From: Chlamydiota bacterium
Lineage (GTDB): Bacteria > Chlamydiota > Chlamydiia > Chlamydiales > Parachlamydiaceae
DNA: 64,000 nucleotides
Reading direction: 5' to 3'
Assembly (NCBI GenBank): GCA_013287815.1
Contig: JABDDC010000006.1
Location: forward strand, 959 to 64,958
Shown here: positions 43,960 to 54,732 of the stretch, piece by piece
How the letters are laid out: each line of letters opens with the position of its first letter
Position numbering within the stretch: position 1 is the stretch's first letter
Position numbers and translations under genes: made by a program
Notes under the pieces: generated by a model
Databases searched by the model: none
Told to the model about the DNA's origin: nothing
Seen by the model: the letters and a program-made list of their open reading frames with translations, nothing else

Positions 43960-46899
43960 ATGAAACTATCGTTAAATTCCATCCTTCTTGGCATACTTAT
44001 AGTAGCAATGCTTTCTCTGTTATTGCTGGGCGGACTTACCCTCTATTTTAATAATCAATTAGCTAAGAATCAGGAATATTTTCTCGAAGCCAGCACAATA
44101 GAATCATCTCGTTTTACAATGAGCAGCGCCTTGTCAGGCTTTCTGGCTAGGCAAGCAATCGTTTTATCTGAAAGCGAATTGGAAAATATCTCTAAGCTCC
44201 CCTCCCGCGACGTCATAGAGCAACAATTCCTGGAAGGTTTTGACAGTTTGTCCTCACTAGCAAAAGGAAATGCTGAAATCACTCAAGCTCTCAATTCTAT
44301 TCAGGAAAACTATCAGAAGTTTTTGACGAGTGACCAAGAAATCTTAACCCTTACAAAATCTCTCTTAACCCTTCGAAATGATTTAAAAACTAAGTCAGAT
44401 GATGTTGTTGATGAGCTAAAAAATATCAGTGATTTATCTGTAAGCATAGATGGAGTCCTTGCCTTGCAAAAAGAAAAATCAAAAGAAAGCATTGATCTTT
44501 TGCTGCACGACAAAGAAGTAAAAACCAACGACACCAAATTTACCCAGCTCGAAGAATCTCTTAATAAGGTTTTGTCAAGCACCGAAGCTGACGCACAAAG
44601 CCTTAGTCAAAAATTGATCACTGATTTCGCAACTTTGGCAGCATTGATGCATCAATTGACTCAGGAAAGGGATCCGGACATTCTAAATAATCTAAGGGGC
44701 AATCAGATTACTCAGCTCATTGATTTGATTAACAGGGAAATGGACCAGCTCAAGAAAAATATTAGCGAATTCCCCGACCTTGTTACTATTACTAAAGAAA
44801 TCGATACTCAATTTAATAACATTACAAAACAAATGATTAATGGGTCGGGCAGCATAGCTGACTTAAGGCAAGATTACAACAACAAACAACTGGCCATCCA
44901 AACGACAATACAACAGATTCAAGTCTATCTATTGGAAATTAAAAAACAGTTCAGTCAACTTGATGAGCTGACGATTAAATTCAGAACGTCGTTGATTGAA
45001 ACTGCACAGCAGTTAACTTTCCGAAATCGATTGACCGTTATCAGTATTGTAGCATTATTCCTGCTCGTCATGTTGATTATCGGATTCTATGTTCATAAAA
45101 CGATTGCGAGTTCACTGGGATCTCTCTTGGGCGCCATGAAGGAAATTGCACACGAGGGCGCTAACTTAAACTACGAATTGGCAGCCACAAGTTTTGAAGA
45201 TCTCAATAATGTTGTCACGGCTTTCAACTTAATGGCTTCCAATCTTCACAATATGCAGGGACATCTTCAAGAACTTGTGGCATCAAGAACGGAGGAGCTC
45301 AATGTTGCAAATCAAAATCTGGCCCAGCTAGTTATTGAGCATAAAGAAGCAAAAGAACAGGCAGAGACAGCAAATAAAATTAAATCTGATTTCGTTGCGA
45401 ATATGAGCCATGAACTGCGAACGCCGCTTAATGCCATCATCGGTTACAGCGAAATGATGAAGGAAGAAGCTGAGGATGAGGGAAAGGAATCTAGCGTCAA
45501 AGATCTTGGTAGAATTATTGGATCCGGTAAACATCTTCTCAACTTAATCAACGACGTCCTTGACCTGTCAAAACTTGAGTCAGGAAAAATCGAAGTCTAT
45601 CTTGAAGATGTTGTTATTACCGATCTTCTAAGAGACCTCATTGGAATTATTACGCCCCTATTCGAAAAGAATAGTAACGTGTTTAAATCAATTGTTGAAG
45701 ATAATTTACCTATTATGCGCACCGACATGATCAGGGTCCGGCAATCCCTCCTGAACCTGTTGAGCAATTCCAGCAAATTTACCAAAAACGGCATCATTAC
45801 ACTGGAGACAAAAAAGGTCTTTACCGATGGGAAAGAATGGATACAATTCAATGTGACCGATACAGGGATCGGGATGTCTCCGGAAAAACTCAAAAAGTTA
45901 TTTCAAGCCTTCTCACAAGCTGATACAAGCACTACAAGAAAATATGGTGGAACGGGATTAGGGCTATATCTTTCAAAGCAATTTGCTGAAATGCTTGGCG
46001 GGCATATCATAGTTGAAAGTGAAGAGGGAAGGGGATCAACCTTCACGTTAATGCTTCCGGTGAGAAGTGAAGAAAATCAAGTAAAGTCGGAAGAAAAAAT
46101 AAAAAGCGAAGAACAAGCAAAAAAATCAAGCGAGCAAGAGGTTTCAATAGGTTCCAAGACTGTACTAATAATAGATGATTCTCCGGAAATGCATGAGGAA
46201 CTACAGAAAGCCCTTGAATCTCAAAATTACCGCTTTCTTCACGCCTACACCGGTGAAGAGGGTCTAGCGATTGCGCGCCAACACAAACCCGATGTTATCA
46301 CTTTGGATGTGATTATGCCTGTCATGGATGGATGGAGCGTGATGACCATTCTTAAATCTGATCCGGCACTCTCCTCTATCCCTGTCATCCTGGTCACTAT
46401 CACTTCGGATGAAGATCTCGGATTTGCTCTAGGGGCTGTCGATTTTATTCAGAAACCGATCGATCAGAAAACTGTTATTGATAAAATTAAAGAAGCCATT
46501 CCTAAATCAAATAAGGGTATAATTCTTATTGTCGATGATGAACCAAATGCACGCGATCTTTTAAGTAAGATGTTAAAAAAAGCGGGGTGGGAGTCCTATC
46601 AGGTTGCAAATGGACGTGACGCGATTAACTACCTTGAGAAAAATGATCCGCCATCAATAATCCTCCTCGATTTGATGATGCCTGAAATGGATGGTTTTGC
46701 AGTGCTTCATGAGATGCAAAATCATCCCATCTGGAAGACAATCCCTGTGATCGTTGTGACAGCAAAAGATATTACTAACAAAGAAAAAGAATTATTATCG
46801 ACACTCGCTAAGTCTGTTCTTAAAAAAGGCTCCTTCACACGCGGTGAGCTAATTTCAGAGATCTCAAAAAAGGTTAATATGATAACGAAAAAAGACTAA
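43960..46899 (+). CDS. Hybrid sensor histidine kinase with two C-terminal receiver domains
   Basis: The likely start is [11 protein letters not shown] (the ORF track starts 72 nt upstream, inside aroB). The sensor region is paralogous to that of 17481-19715. H-box [16 protein letters not shown], then DTGIGM and [10 protein letters not shown]. The two REC domains read VLIIDDSPE...[10 protein letters not shown] and ILIVDDEPN...[10 protein letters not shown]. Confidence 0.9.
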   Translation: MKLSLNSILLGILIVAMLSLLLLGGLTLYFNNQLAKNQEYFLEASTIESSRFTMSSALSGFLARQAIVLSESELENISKLPSRDVIEQQFLEGFDSLSSLAKGNAEITQALNSIQENYQKFLTSDQEILTLTKSLLTLRNDLKTKSDDVVDELKNISDLSVSIDGVLALQKEKSKESIDLLLHDKEVKTNDTKFTQLEESLNKVLSSTEADAQSLSQKLITDFATLAALMHQLTQERDPDILNNLRGNQITQLIDLINREMDQLKKNISEFPDLVTITKEIDTQFNNITKQMINGSGSIADLRQDYNNKQLAIQTTIQQIQVYLLEIKKQFSQLDELTIKFRTSLIETAQQLTFRNRLTVISIVALFLLVMLIIGFYVHKTIASSLGSLLGAMKEIAHEGANLNYELAATSFEDLNNVVTAFNLMASNLHNMQGHLQELVASRTEELNVANQNLAQLVIEHKEAKEQAETANKIKSDFVANMSHELRTPLNAIIGYSEMMKEEAEDEGKESSVKDLGRIIGSGKHLLNLINDVLDLSKLESGKIEVYLEDVVITDLLRDLIGIITPLFEKNSNVFKSIVEDNLPIMRTDMIRVRQSLLNLLSNSSKFTKNGIITLETKKVFTDGKEWIQFNVTDTGIGMSPEKLKKLFQAFSQADTSTTRKYGGTGLGLYLSKQFAEMLGGHIIVESEEGRGSTFTLMLPVRSEENQVKSEEKIKSEEQAKKSSEQEVSIGSKTVLIIDDSPEMHEELQKALESQNYRFLHAYTGEEGLAIARQHKPDVITLDVIMPVMDGWSVMTILKSDPALSSIPVILVTITSDEDLGFALGAVDFIQKPIDQKTVIDKIKEAIPKSNKGIILIVDDEPNARDLLSKMLKKAGWESYQVANGRDAINYLEKNDPPSIILLDLMMPEMDGFAVLHEMQNHPIWKTIPVIVVTAKDITNKEKELLSTLAKSVLKKGSFTRGELISEISKKVNMITKKD

Positions 46900-46904
46900 G
46901 AAAA

Positions 46905-48713
46905 ATGTCTAATACTCGTGTAGAAGTATCTCCGGAAAATCGCTGGAACATTGAATCATTATATGCTGATCTTTCAGAATGGAGAAAAGCTTTTCAAGCT
47001 TTTATCAAGGATCCTCAACAAAAGCCTCGGTGGCCATCTCTCGCTAAGAATAAAGGGAAGCTGGATCAGGGGCCGGAAAAAGTGAAAAAAACATTCGAAG
47101 AATTAGTCGTTATTGACCGAGCACTAACAAAACTTCTTACCTACATCCAGTTGAGACATAATGAAGATATTGCCAATCCCGAAGTTAAGGAAGCGTTGGG
47201 AGAAACCTTAATTTTAGCAAATGATTTGGCTCAAGAAACAGCCTGGATTCATACTGAGTTGTTGGCATTCCCCGAGGAGCTTTATCAAAAATACAAGTCT
47301 GATCCTGTCTTGGCTGATTTTAGCATCTATATGGAAAAAATATATCGATTTAAAAAACACTCTCTCTCCCTCGAAAATGAAGTATTGCTCGCTCAGGCGG
47401 ATCTCCCCTTGCAGGCCACTTTTAAAACTTTTAGCGCCATCAATGATGCCGACTTCAACTTTGGCCTTATCTTAGACAGTCAAGGCAGTGAAAGGCAGCT
47501 CACAAGTTCTAACTATAAGCTTTATATACATGATCGGGATCGACTCCTTCGTGAGAGGACGTTCAAACAATATCATGGACTGTATTTATCATTTGAAAAC
47601 ACCCTTTGCGAATTGCTTTCCGGTCTTGTCCAAAATCATATTTTTCAAATGCGAGCAAGGAATTACCGTTCCTGTTTAGATGCCTCTTTATTTTATAATA
47701 ATATTCCAACATCAGTCTATCATGCTCTGATCAAAGCGGTGAATAGTCGCCTCTCTTCTTATCAGCGCTATATGGAGCTGAGAAAACGAGTGTTAAAAGT
47801 TAACGAGCTTCATTTTTATGATCTTTTTGTCCCATTGACTCCGGAAGTCGATATTAATATGCCTTATAATGAAGCTGTGGAAGTGATTATAGACTCGGTA
47901 GCACCTCTTGGATCGCAATACCAAAATAATCTTGCAAAAGGTCTAAAAAAAGACCGCTGGGTAGACCGCTATGAAAACCTGAATAAGCATTCAGGTGCTT
48001 TTTCAGGAGGATGCTACGACAGCATGCCTTTCATCATGGTTAATTACAATGCCATTTTAAAAGACGTGTTCACATTAGCCCATGAAGCCGGTCATAGCAT
48101 GCACAGTCTTCACAGTTGGAAGCATCAACCCTATCAATATTGCGATTACCCTATCTTTGTAGCGGAAGTAGCCTCTACTTTTAATGAAGATCTTCTCACC
48201 CGTTCCCTTCTCAAAAAATGTACAGACAAAGCAACAAGAATCTACTTAATTAATCAAAAAATTGAAGACATTTGTGCTACCCTCTTTCGTCAAACGATGT
48301 TCGCTGAATTTGAACTGTTTATCCACGACCAGGCAGAAAAAGGAACCCCTTTAACTCCACAACTGCTTAAAAAGGAATATGGCGTCTTAAATCAAAAGTA
48401 TTTCGGTTCTACCATCTATCCTGATGAAGAGATTGAGATCGAGTGGGCACGCATCCCACATTTCTATTACAATTTTTATGTCTTTCAATATGCTACAGGC
48501 CTCAGTGCTTCACTTTATCTGTCAGAAAAAGTGGTTTCAGGAGGAGAGAAAGACCGTGAAGACTATTTGAGATTTTTAGAAGGTGGAAGTAGTAAATATC
48601 CGATCGATCTACTTAAAATAGCAGGAGTTGATATGGAATCTCCCCTTCCGGTTTTTTCCGCCATCGACAGGTTCGATAATTATTTGGCCGAATTAGAAGA
48701 ATTGTTAAAATAA
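46905..48713 (+). CDS. pepF: Oligoendopeptidase F (M3B)
   Basis: The HEAGHSMHS zinc motif, the length and the N-terminal W.L..LY pattern are typical of PepF. Confidence 0.9.
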   Translation: MSNTRVEVSPENRWNIESLYADLSEWRKAFQAFIKDPQQKPRWPSLAKNKGKLDQGPEKVKKTFEELVVIDRALTKLLTYIQLRHNEDIANPEVKEALGETLILANDLAQETAWIHTELLAFPEELYQKYKSDPVLADFSIYMEKIYRFKKHSLSLENEVLLAQADLPLQATFKTFSAINDADFNFGLILDSQGSERQLTSSNYKLYIHDRDRLLRERTFKQYHGLYLSFENTLCELLSGLVQNHIFQMRARNYRSCLDASLFYNNIPTSVYHALIKAVNSRLSSYQRYMELRKRVLKVNELHFYDLFVPLTPEVDINMPYNEAVEVIIDSVAPLGSQYQNNLAKGLKKDRWVDRYENLNKHSGAFSGGCYDSMPFIMVNYNAILKDVFTLAHEAGHSMHSLHSWKHQPYQYCDYPIFVAEVASTFNEDLLTRSLLKKCTDKATRIYLINQKIEDICATLFRQTMFAEFELFIHDQAEKGTPLTPQLLKKEYGVLNQKYFGSTIYPDEEIEIEWARIPHFYYNFYVFQYATGLSASLYLSEKVVSGGEKDREDYLRFLEGGSSKYPIDLLKIAGVDMESPLPVFSAIDRFDNYLAELEELLK

Positions 48714-48862
48714 CTGGCATTCACATCTGTACCCATAGTTGCACGGATAAGGGCATCTAAAATGCCGGTTCTGTTGATGCGTGTCCTGCGTCTGCGTAGT
48801 GTAATTTGAAGATGCTTGATAGATAATTTTTCGTCAAATTTAAGCTTGAAATACTGACCGCA

Positions 48863-50932
48863 GTGCAGTATATATTAAATATGAAAAAAAAATCACCAAA
48901 AATGCTCATAGATTATGAGCAACGCCATAAATTAATTGCTGGTTATCCACTGTTTCGAAATTTGACAAGCCCAGAAATTGATGATTTGGTTTTGATCTCT
49001 TTCGAAAAAACTTATAGTCCACAAGAGGCAATTGTCAGCCAAGGTGATATCGTCGATTCCGTTTATCTTATCGCCGCCGGCGAAATTGAAGTAACCAGCC
49101 GGCAAGCTGATAGCGATGCAATGGTCCCTATACTTGTCCTGAAGACGGGGGATGCCATCGGACTTGACCCGCAAGGATTTTTTAGTCAAACGGGCGAACG
49201 CAAAGCCACCCTACAGGCAATATCAGATGTCATTTTGATTGGCTGGAAATTGGACATCTTTCACAAATTTCTACAAACACATCCTCAATTTCAATCGGCT
49301 TTGCTGCAAATCTCAGAATTGATGCTGCGGATGAGTTTTATTAAACAGGTTGATCCCTTTGCTAATCTACCTGTTGAAAAAATTTCGTGGCTGGCTAACC
49401 AGATCGAAGAAGTGACTTTCCCTGTAGGGACAGTCCTATTTCGCCAGGGAGAAATAGGAGACCGGTGTTATCTTGCGTGTTCCGGTAAAGTTGAGATTTT
49501 AATTGTTAATCAGCACGGTCAGGAAGAGAGATTTGCTATTATTGAGCCTCCCTCATTATTTGGTGAAATCGCCCTATTGGCAAATACACAACGGAATGCT
49601 ACAGCCCGCATGTTGGAAGACGGGAAATTGCTTATCTTAAAAAAAGATCATCTGCAAGAATTGATGAAATATCAATCGACTTCAGAATCAATCATGTCAC
49701 TTATCGTAGACCGTTGCCGACCAGTTCGGAAGCCAAACATTGAAATCTACCAGATTCAGACACAGGACAATCAAACCTCAACGATCCTTAAAGACAAGGA
49801 AAATGGGCGTTATTTTAAACTTTCAAAAGAAGGATTGCTTCTATGGCAGCAGCTGGATGGAACAAAAACATTGCAAAATATAGTGGTGGAGCTTCTTAAA
49901 ATATCCAGAAATTTTACTTTAAACGGCATAGCCACGACGCTATTTAATTTAGCAGACGCCGGCTTTGTGCTTCTGCCTGAAGTCGAATCACCCCAAAAAC
50001 CGGAAATCAGACAACACCTGACAATTTTTCAAAAATTGAAAACCGATTTTCAAAAACTAACTCACCTGAGCTTTGTTTTTAAAAATGTGAATGATAAGTT
50101 CACTTCCGTTTATCAAATCATGGAACCGCTATTTTTTTCGACAGGTCAAATTGCTATCTCACTATTGGTCTTTTCAGGGCTGATTTGTTTTGGTCTATAT
50201 TTTTCTAAGGCAATAGTGGCTATACAAGCCACCCACCATCTTTTAATCATACTGATAGCTCTATTTGCAGCTAATCTTCTATCCGTGGTCTTTCATGAAT
50301 TAGGCCATGGCCTAGCCGCAAAATTCTATAAACGCGATGTGAGTATGGCAGGACTCAAAGTGATTTGGTTTGGACTAGGGTTAGTTGTTTTTGTTGACAC
50401 TTCTGACATGTGGCTAAGCCATCGGCGATCCCGTATCATCGTTAGCCTTGCTGGACCTTATGTCGATATGCTATCAGCCGGGATTTCTAGTTTGCTTGCC
50501 TTACTAATTCCACAGCAAGAAATCTCCCTGTTTTTTTGGTTGCTTGCATTGACACTTTATTACGGTGTCTACAAAAATTTAAATCCTTTGACAGAAAATG
50601 ACGGCTACTCTGTTTTAAAGGAGGCATTAAACAATTCATATTTAAATCGATCAGCCTATTCCTGGCTGGTTCAGTTAAAATTAAAGGACCTTAAGGATCC
50701 CAAAGTCTGGAAAGAAAACTGTCCTTTAATCATCTATTGGTCCACCTGCCTTCTATTTCTGGCCATTGGTCTGACTATTGCTTTCGCCTTTGCGTACTTC
50801 TTGCAATTAATCCTTCCGCCAACTGTATTCGATATTCCAACTTTTCATCTCATGTGGTTCCTTCCTTTCCTCGTGATTTTAGGCTTTGTAAGTGCTTTTA
50901 GAAAGGAATACAAAAAATTAGTGAAGAGGTGA
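48863..50932 (+). CDS. 2x cNMP-binding domains, a PqqD-like domain and a membrane-embedded M50 (site-2 protease) metalloprotease
   Basis: The CAP-type blocks read GDIVDSVYLIAAGEIEV and GDRCYLACSGKVEI...LFGEIALL...RNATARM. GRYFKLSKEGLLLWQQLDGTKTLQNIV resembles PqqD/RRE domains. The TM region carries FHELGHGLAAKFY (HExxH) and NLNPLTENDGY (the NxxPxxxxDG motif of M50). An alternative ATG start lies at 48881. Confidence 0.75.
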   Translation: MQYILNMKKKSPKMLIDYEQRHKLIAGYPLFRNLTSPEIDDLVLISFEKTYSPQEAIVSQGDIVDSVYLIAAGEIEVTSRQADSDAMVPILVLKTGDAIGLDPQGFFSQTGERKATLQAISDVILIGWKLDIFHKFLQTHPQFQSALLQISELMLRMSFIKQVDPFANLPVEKISWLANQIEEVTFPVGTVLFRQGEIGDRCYLACSGKVEILIVNQHGQEERFAIIEPPSLFGEIALLANTQRNATARMLEDGKLLILKKDHLQELMKYQSTSESIMSLIVDRCRPVRKPNIEIYQIQTQDNQTSTILKDKENGRYFKLSKEGLLLWQQLDGTKTLQNIVVELLKISRNFTLNGIATTLFNLADAGFVLLPEVESPQKPEIRQHLTIFQKLKTDFQKLTHLSFVFKNVNDKFTSVYQIMEPLFFSTGQIAISLLVFSGLICFGLYFSKAIVAIQATHHLLIILIALFAANLLSVVFHELGHGLAAKFYKRDVSMAGLKVIWFGLGLVVFVDTSDMWLSHRRSRIIVSLAGPYVDMLSAGISSLLALLIPQQEISLFFWLLALTLYYGVYKNLNPLTENDGYSVLKEALNNSYLNRSAYSWLVQLKLKDLKDPKVWKENCPLIIYWSTCLLFLAIGLTIAFAFAYFLQLILPPTVFDIPTFHLMWFLPFLVILGFVSAFRKEYKKLVKR

Positions 50933-50987
50933 AGAGGTAGCTTGCATAAAAAAGTTTGGGAAATTGATACCGATCCTCCGATTAAAT

Positions 50988-51151
50988 TATACTGCGGGGC
51001 GTTGAAATTTTGCGTTTTACGCCGCGTGAAAGCTCTCGCGGTAAAACGATCGTCAGCGGGTTAATATTTATAATATGAACCCGTTGACGATCGTCGAATC
51101 CCGAGGCTTTGACGCTCTGGAAAACCCAAAATTTCAACACCCGGCAATATA
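50988..51151. mobile_element. 164 bp palindromic MITE-like element (repeat family 2), copy 1
   Basis: The two halves are inverted copies (tatactgcggggcgttgaaattttgcgtttt...acgatcgtcagcgggtt / aacccgttgacgatcgt...caaaatttcaacacccggcaatata). It ends 1 nt from the doc stop codon. Confidence 0.7.
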
Positions 51152-51152
51152 C

Positions 51153-51536
51153 CTATTTTGTTTTATCACTTTTTTTAAAAAAATGGGCTATTTCAGGCTT
51201 CTCAACTTTGCCATTAGCGCAGTGTATAATCATTTCTTCCATTTCGTAATCGTCATATTTTAAAATGACATGGTTAACTTCCAAAAAAGTTAAGGCAGCT
51301 ACTGTACCGGTTCGTTTATTTCCATCAATAAAAGGGTGGTTGCAAACAATGTGATAGAGATATGCTGCAGCTTGATCATAAATAGTAGGATGTAGAAATT
51401 CCCCGAACATGGAAGCTTTTGGCATTTCTATGGCAGAAATTAGTAGTCCCATTTCTCTAATCCCATGGGCTCCGCCAAACTCATTAATGATTTCGGTATG
51501 AAAATCGATCACTTCTTCTACTGACAAAAAAATCAT
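51153..51536 (-). CDS. doc: Doc-type toxin (Fic/Doc family)
   Basis: The HPFIDGNKRTG motif (Doc variant of the Fic motif), 127 aa length and a 4 nt overlap with the upstream small gene. Confidence 0.85.
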   Translation of the reverse strand: MIFLSVEEVIDFHTEIINEFGGAHGIREMGLLISAIEMPKASMFGEFLHPTIYDQAAAYLYHIVCNHPFIDGNKRTGTVAALTFLEVNHVILKYDDYEMEEMIIHCANGKVEKPEIAHFFKKSDKTK

Positions 51537-51766
51537 CTATTTGTCAACCTCTGAAGTAGTTCATATTTTTTTTTAAGCACCTTTCTAAAAGCTGACTTAA
51601 CTAAATTGTCATTTGTCGCTTGTACAGACTGAATAACCATACCTCCATTTGGATTAATCACTATTTGAAATAATGCATTTTCATCTAATCCCGCGGCTTG
51701 TAGCAAGGTCTTATCAATAACAATGGCTTTACTATTTCCACTCTGAGTCAATTGTTTGATTATCAT
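51533..51766 (-). CDS. AbrB/MazE/SpoVT-fold antitoxin partner of Doc
   Basis: 77 aa. LTQSGNSKAIVIDKTLLQAAGLDENALFQIVINPNGGMVIQ fits the swapped-hairpin AbrB-like pattern. ggaggag lies upstream. It overlaps the doc start. Confidence 0.75.
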   Translation of the reverse strand: MIIKQLTQSGNSKAIVIDKTLLQAAGLDENALFQIVINPNGGMVIQSVQATNDNLVKSAFRKVLKKKYELLQRLTNR

Positions 51767-51786
51767 ACTTTTCTCCTCCCCTCTTG

Positions 51787-51953
51787 TATACCCTGGCCTG
51801 CATCAAGATTCGAATTTCGACTGAGCCAAAGCCCCGGGGTTGAATCGATCGTAAGTCACCCCCATATTATTAATATTGGGTGACTTACGATCGTTCAACC
51901 GCGGGAGCTTTCGCGCTGTCCAAATTCAAATATTGATGCAGGCCTGGGTGTAA
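51787..51953. mobile_element. 167 bp palindromic MITE-like element (repeat family 2), copy 2
   Basis: Inverted halves are tataccctggcctgcatcaagattcgaattt...gttgaatcgatcgtaagtcaccc / gggtgacttacgatcgttcaacc...caaatattgatgcaggcctgggtgtaa. It shares the blocks acgatcgt and ccgcgNgagctttcNcgc with copy 1. Confidence 0.7.
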
Positions 51954-52189
51954 TTACAATGATATAACATAACATGATTTTTTGTCAATACGCTGCAAAA
52001 CGAGTCAGCAATTAGGAGTGGGTGTTAATTGCTGATGAAAACGAGTGAACATTGACAAAAATATACTTAAACCTTAAAATTTTGATTTTTCATTTTCTCC
52101 TTGACAGGAAAGGCTTAATTATTTAGGTTAGGGTTAAGATTAGTTTAGTTAAAAGCGCAGTAAAATGATTAATTAACAGGAGTCGATCA

Positions 52190-54670
52190 ATGAACTTTAT
52201 TCAAAAATTTGATGAATTAGGTAAGGATGATACGGCTTTAGCGGGAGGTAAGGGTGCTTCCTTAGGAGAAATGACCCAGGCAAAAATCCCCGTGCCTCCC
52301 GGCTTTGTTATACTAACCACGACCTTTGATAGATTACTTCAAGAAACAGAACTCGATGCCGAAATTACGGGAATTTTAGACTCGGTTAACCCCAAAATAA
52401 TCCATACTATCGAAAATGCCTCTGTACAAATTCAGAACTTAATTATTAACACATCTATGCCTGGGGATATAGAACAAGAGATCTTTTCATCCTTTAACAA
52501 TTTACGGTCAACATATGTTGCAGTGCGATCAAGCGCCTCGGCAGAAGACAGCTCATCGGCTTCCTGGGCAGGACAGCTTGATTCTTATCTTAACATCACT
52601 GAAAACAACTTGATTAAAAGCATTTTAAAATGTTGGGCTTCGCTCTTTACACCAAGGGCAATTTTCTATCGTTTTGAAAAAAGGATGCAAAACGAACCTA
52701 TTTCTGTTGCTGTGGTAATTCAGAAAATGGTTAATTCAGAACTCTCGGGAGTTGCCTTTTCTGTGCATCCTGTGACGGGAGACCATGAACAAATACTCAT
52801 TGAAGCAGGTTTTGGACTTGGTGAAGCAATCGTTTCTGGTCAGATTACTCCCGATAGCTACGTTGTCAGGAAAAAGCCTCTACACATCACAAACCTCCAT
52901 GTTAATGTTCAAACAAAAGCACTTTATCGCACTGAGGATGAAAATTTGGAAGAATTAAGTGCCTGGGAAACCCTTTCAGAAAAACAAGGAGCTCAACAAG
53001 TTCTTTCTGAACAACAAATTCTAGAACTATCAGAATTGATAATAAGAATCGAAAATCATTACAATTTCCCCTGCGACATCGAATGGGCTTTTGAAAATAA
53101 TGCCTTCTATATCGTCCAATCAAGGCCCATTACTACCTTAAAGACAAAACACAAAATTACCCCAATCATCCATGAGGAGCCAAAAAAAACCGGCTTAATT
53201 AAAGACGAAATTATGATTATGCGTGACCGATATGTTCCGTGTATATGGCCCCGATTTGCTATTACCTGGAAAGGGTTTGGTGATGTATACAAAGATGCAG
53301 GTATAACCGGATACACTCACATATGCCTCTATGACAAAGGGGAATTTCAGTCATTCCATCCCAAAAAAAACTTTGATGATTTCGCATCATATAATCTTAA
53401 TTTGCTCTTTAGTAAATCATTTGGTGACTTAAAAAAAATTCGGCAAAAAGGAATAGTTGCAGCAAAAAAGGCCAAAGCATTCTGTAAGGAATTTTCCAAA
53501 AAAGCTATTACTAAAATTGACCCTTATATAAAATTTTTAGATGAACTTATTCAAGTATATGGCGAAGTCGGTCGTGATAATGCCCGTTATTGGTTTTCTA
53601 CAAATTATATAATAGAGCAAGAGATCAAAAAATGCCTGGAAAAATACAACTATGAACAAATTCTAGAAATTTCACGTATAATGTCGCAATTAAACGAGCC
53701 ATCTTATAGTGAAGTTCAAGAGATGGATTTTGATCAAATGCTAGAAGAATATAAATCGAACAAAAACAAAAATGAGCTTAAGAAGACAATAGAAGCTTTT
53801 GTTGATAAATATTTTTGGTTTCCATATGAGTATATTGGTCCAGCGATTTGGGATTTTGATGCCGTTGTAAAAAGACTTGAAACCGGGAATTCTTTTCATG
53901 CATCTAGGGACTATAAATCAATAGCCAGGGATCAAAAGGCCTGTATTAAAAAATATTCCCTTTCGAAAAAAGTTGTGAAGTTATTCGGAATCAGCCAACT
54001 TCTGGCCCTTATGCGCGATGACAGAAAGTCCCTCATGTCGGAAACCTGTTACTATTTAAACGGAATTATTTTGCCAAATTTAGCCAAGTTATTGACAGTA
54101 TCCAGAGATAAGATTTTGTATGTCGATTCAGAAGTACTTCGAATGTTTAAAAAAGATCCCGACAAGGCAATCTCCATCCTCAAAGAACGGTCCGGTTTTT
54201 GTCTCTTCTACGCAATGATGAAAAACAGCTACGAATCAAAATTACTGCAGGGTGACGAAGCGCGTCAAATGATCAAAGAGATGGGAATTAATTTAAAAAC
54301 CGATCAGCAGGTCATCCAGGAGATTAAAGGCCAAAGTGCGTGCAAAGGAAGAGTTATCGGCAAAGTAAAAATCATGAAGACATCTCAGATTAGTTCATTT
54401 GAAGATGGTTTAATTCTCGTAACAGGAATGACTACCCCGGATTTTCTCCCCTTAATTAAAAAATCGGCAGCCGTTATTACAAACGAAGGTGGAGTGACTT
54501 GCCACGCGGCTGTCATTGCGCGAGAACTTGACAAACCCTGTATCATTGGCACAAAAATTGCGACCAAAGCTCTTCATGATGGAGACACAGTGGAAGTGGA
54601 TGCAGACAACGGGATAATAAGGGTTTTAGAACTCTTTTCCAAACCCGCTGTTACCCCTAAGGCTGCTTAA
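52190..54670 (+). CDS. PEP-synthase-like dikinase-type phosphotransferase with rifampin-phosphotransferase-like architecture (paralog 1)
   Basis: N-terminal PPDK_N ATP-grasp (AGGKGASLGEMTQAKIPVPPGF, VAVRSSASAEDS, CWASLFTPRAIFYR, DIEWAFENNAFYIVQSRPITTL). An unassigned roughly 400 aa central region. A C-terminal swivel domain with GGVTCHAAVIARELDKPCIIG. There is no PEP/pyruvate TIM-barrel domain. Confidence 0.8.
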   Translation: MNFIQKFDELGKDDTALAGGKGASLGEMTQAKIPVPPGFVILTTTFDRLLQETELDAEITGILDSVNPKIIHTIENASVQIQNLIINTSMPGDIEQEIFSSFNNLRSTYVAVRSSASAEDSSSASWAGQLDSYLNITENNLIKSILKCWASLFTPRAIFYRFEKRMQNEPISVAVVIQKMVNSELSGVAFSVHPVTGDHEQILIEAGFGLGEAIVSGQITPDSYVVRKKPLHITNLHVNVQTKALYRTEDENLEELSAWETLSEKQGAQQVLSEQQILELSELIIRIENHYNFPCDIEWAFENNAFYIVQSRPITTLKTKHKITPIIHEEPKKTGLIKDEIMIMRDRYVPCIWPRFAITWKGFGDVYKDAGITGYTHICLYDKGEFQSFHPKKNFDDFASYNLNLLFSKSFGDLKKIRQKGIVAAKKAKAFCKEFSKKAITKIDPYIKFLDELIQVYGEVGRDNARYWFSTNYIIEQEIKKCLEKYNYEQILEISRIMSQLNEPSYSEVQEMDFDQMLEEYKSNKNKNELKKTIEAFVDKYFWFPYEYIGPAIWDFDAVVKRLETGNSFHASRDYKSIARDQKACIKKYSLSKKVVKLFGISQLLALMRDDRKSLMSETCYYLNGIILPNLAKLLTVSRDKILYVDSEVLRMFKKDPDKAISILKERSGFCLFYAMMKNSYESKLLQGDEARQMIKEMGINLKTDQQVIQEIKGQSACKGRVIGKVKIMKTSQISSFEDGLILVTGMTTPDFLPLIKKSAAVITNEGGVTCHAAVIARELDKPCIIGTKIATKALHDGDTVEVDADNGIIRVLELFSKPAVTPKAA

Positions 54671-54703
54671 GCACCCCCAATTGGGCCGAGACAAAATAAC
54701 TAT

Positions 54704-54732
54704 TTGACATCTACATTCGAGTATCTTATGGT
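54704..54732 (+). promoter_or_regulatory. Candidate sigma70-type promoter for the second dikinase-like gene
   Basis: TTGACA (54704-54709), a 17 nt spacer, then TATGGT (54727-54732), 61 nt upstream of the ATG. The -10 hexamer lies inside the first copy of the direct repeat. Confidence 0.3.
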
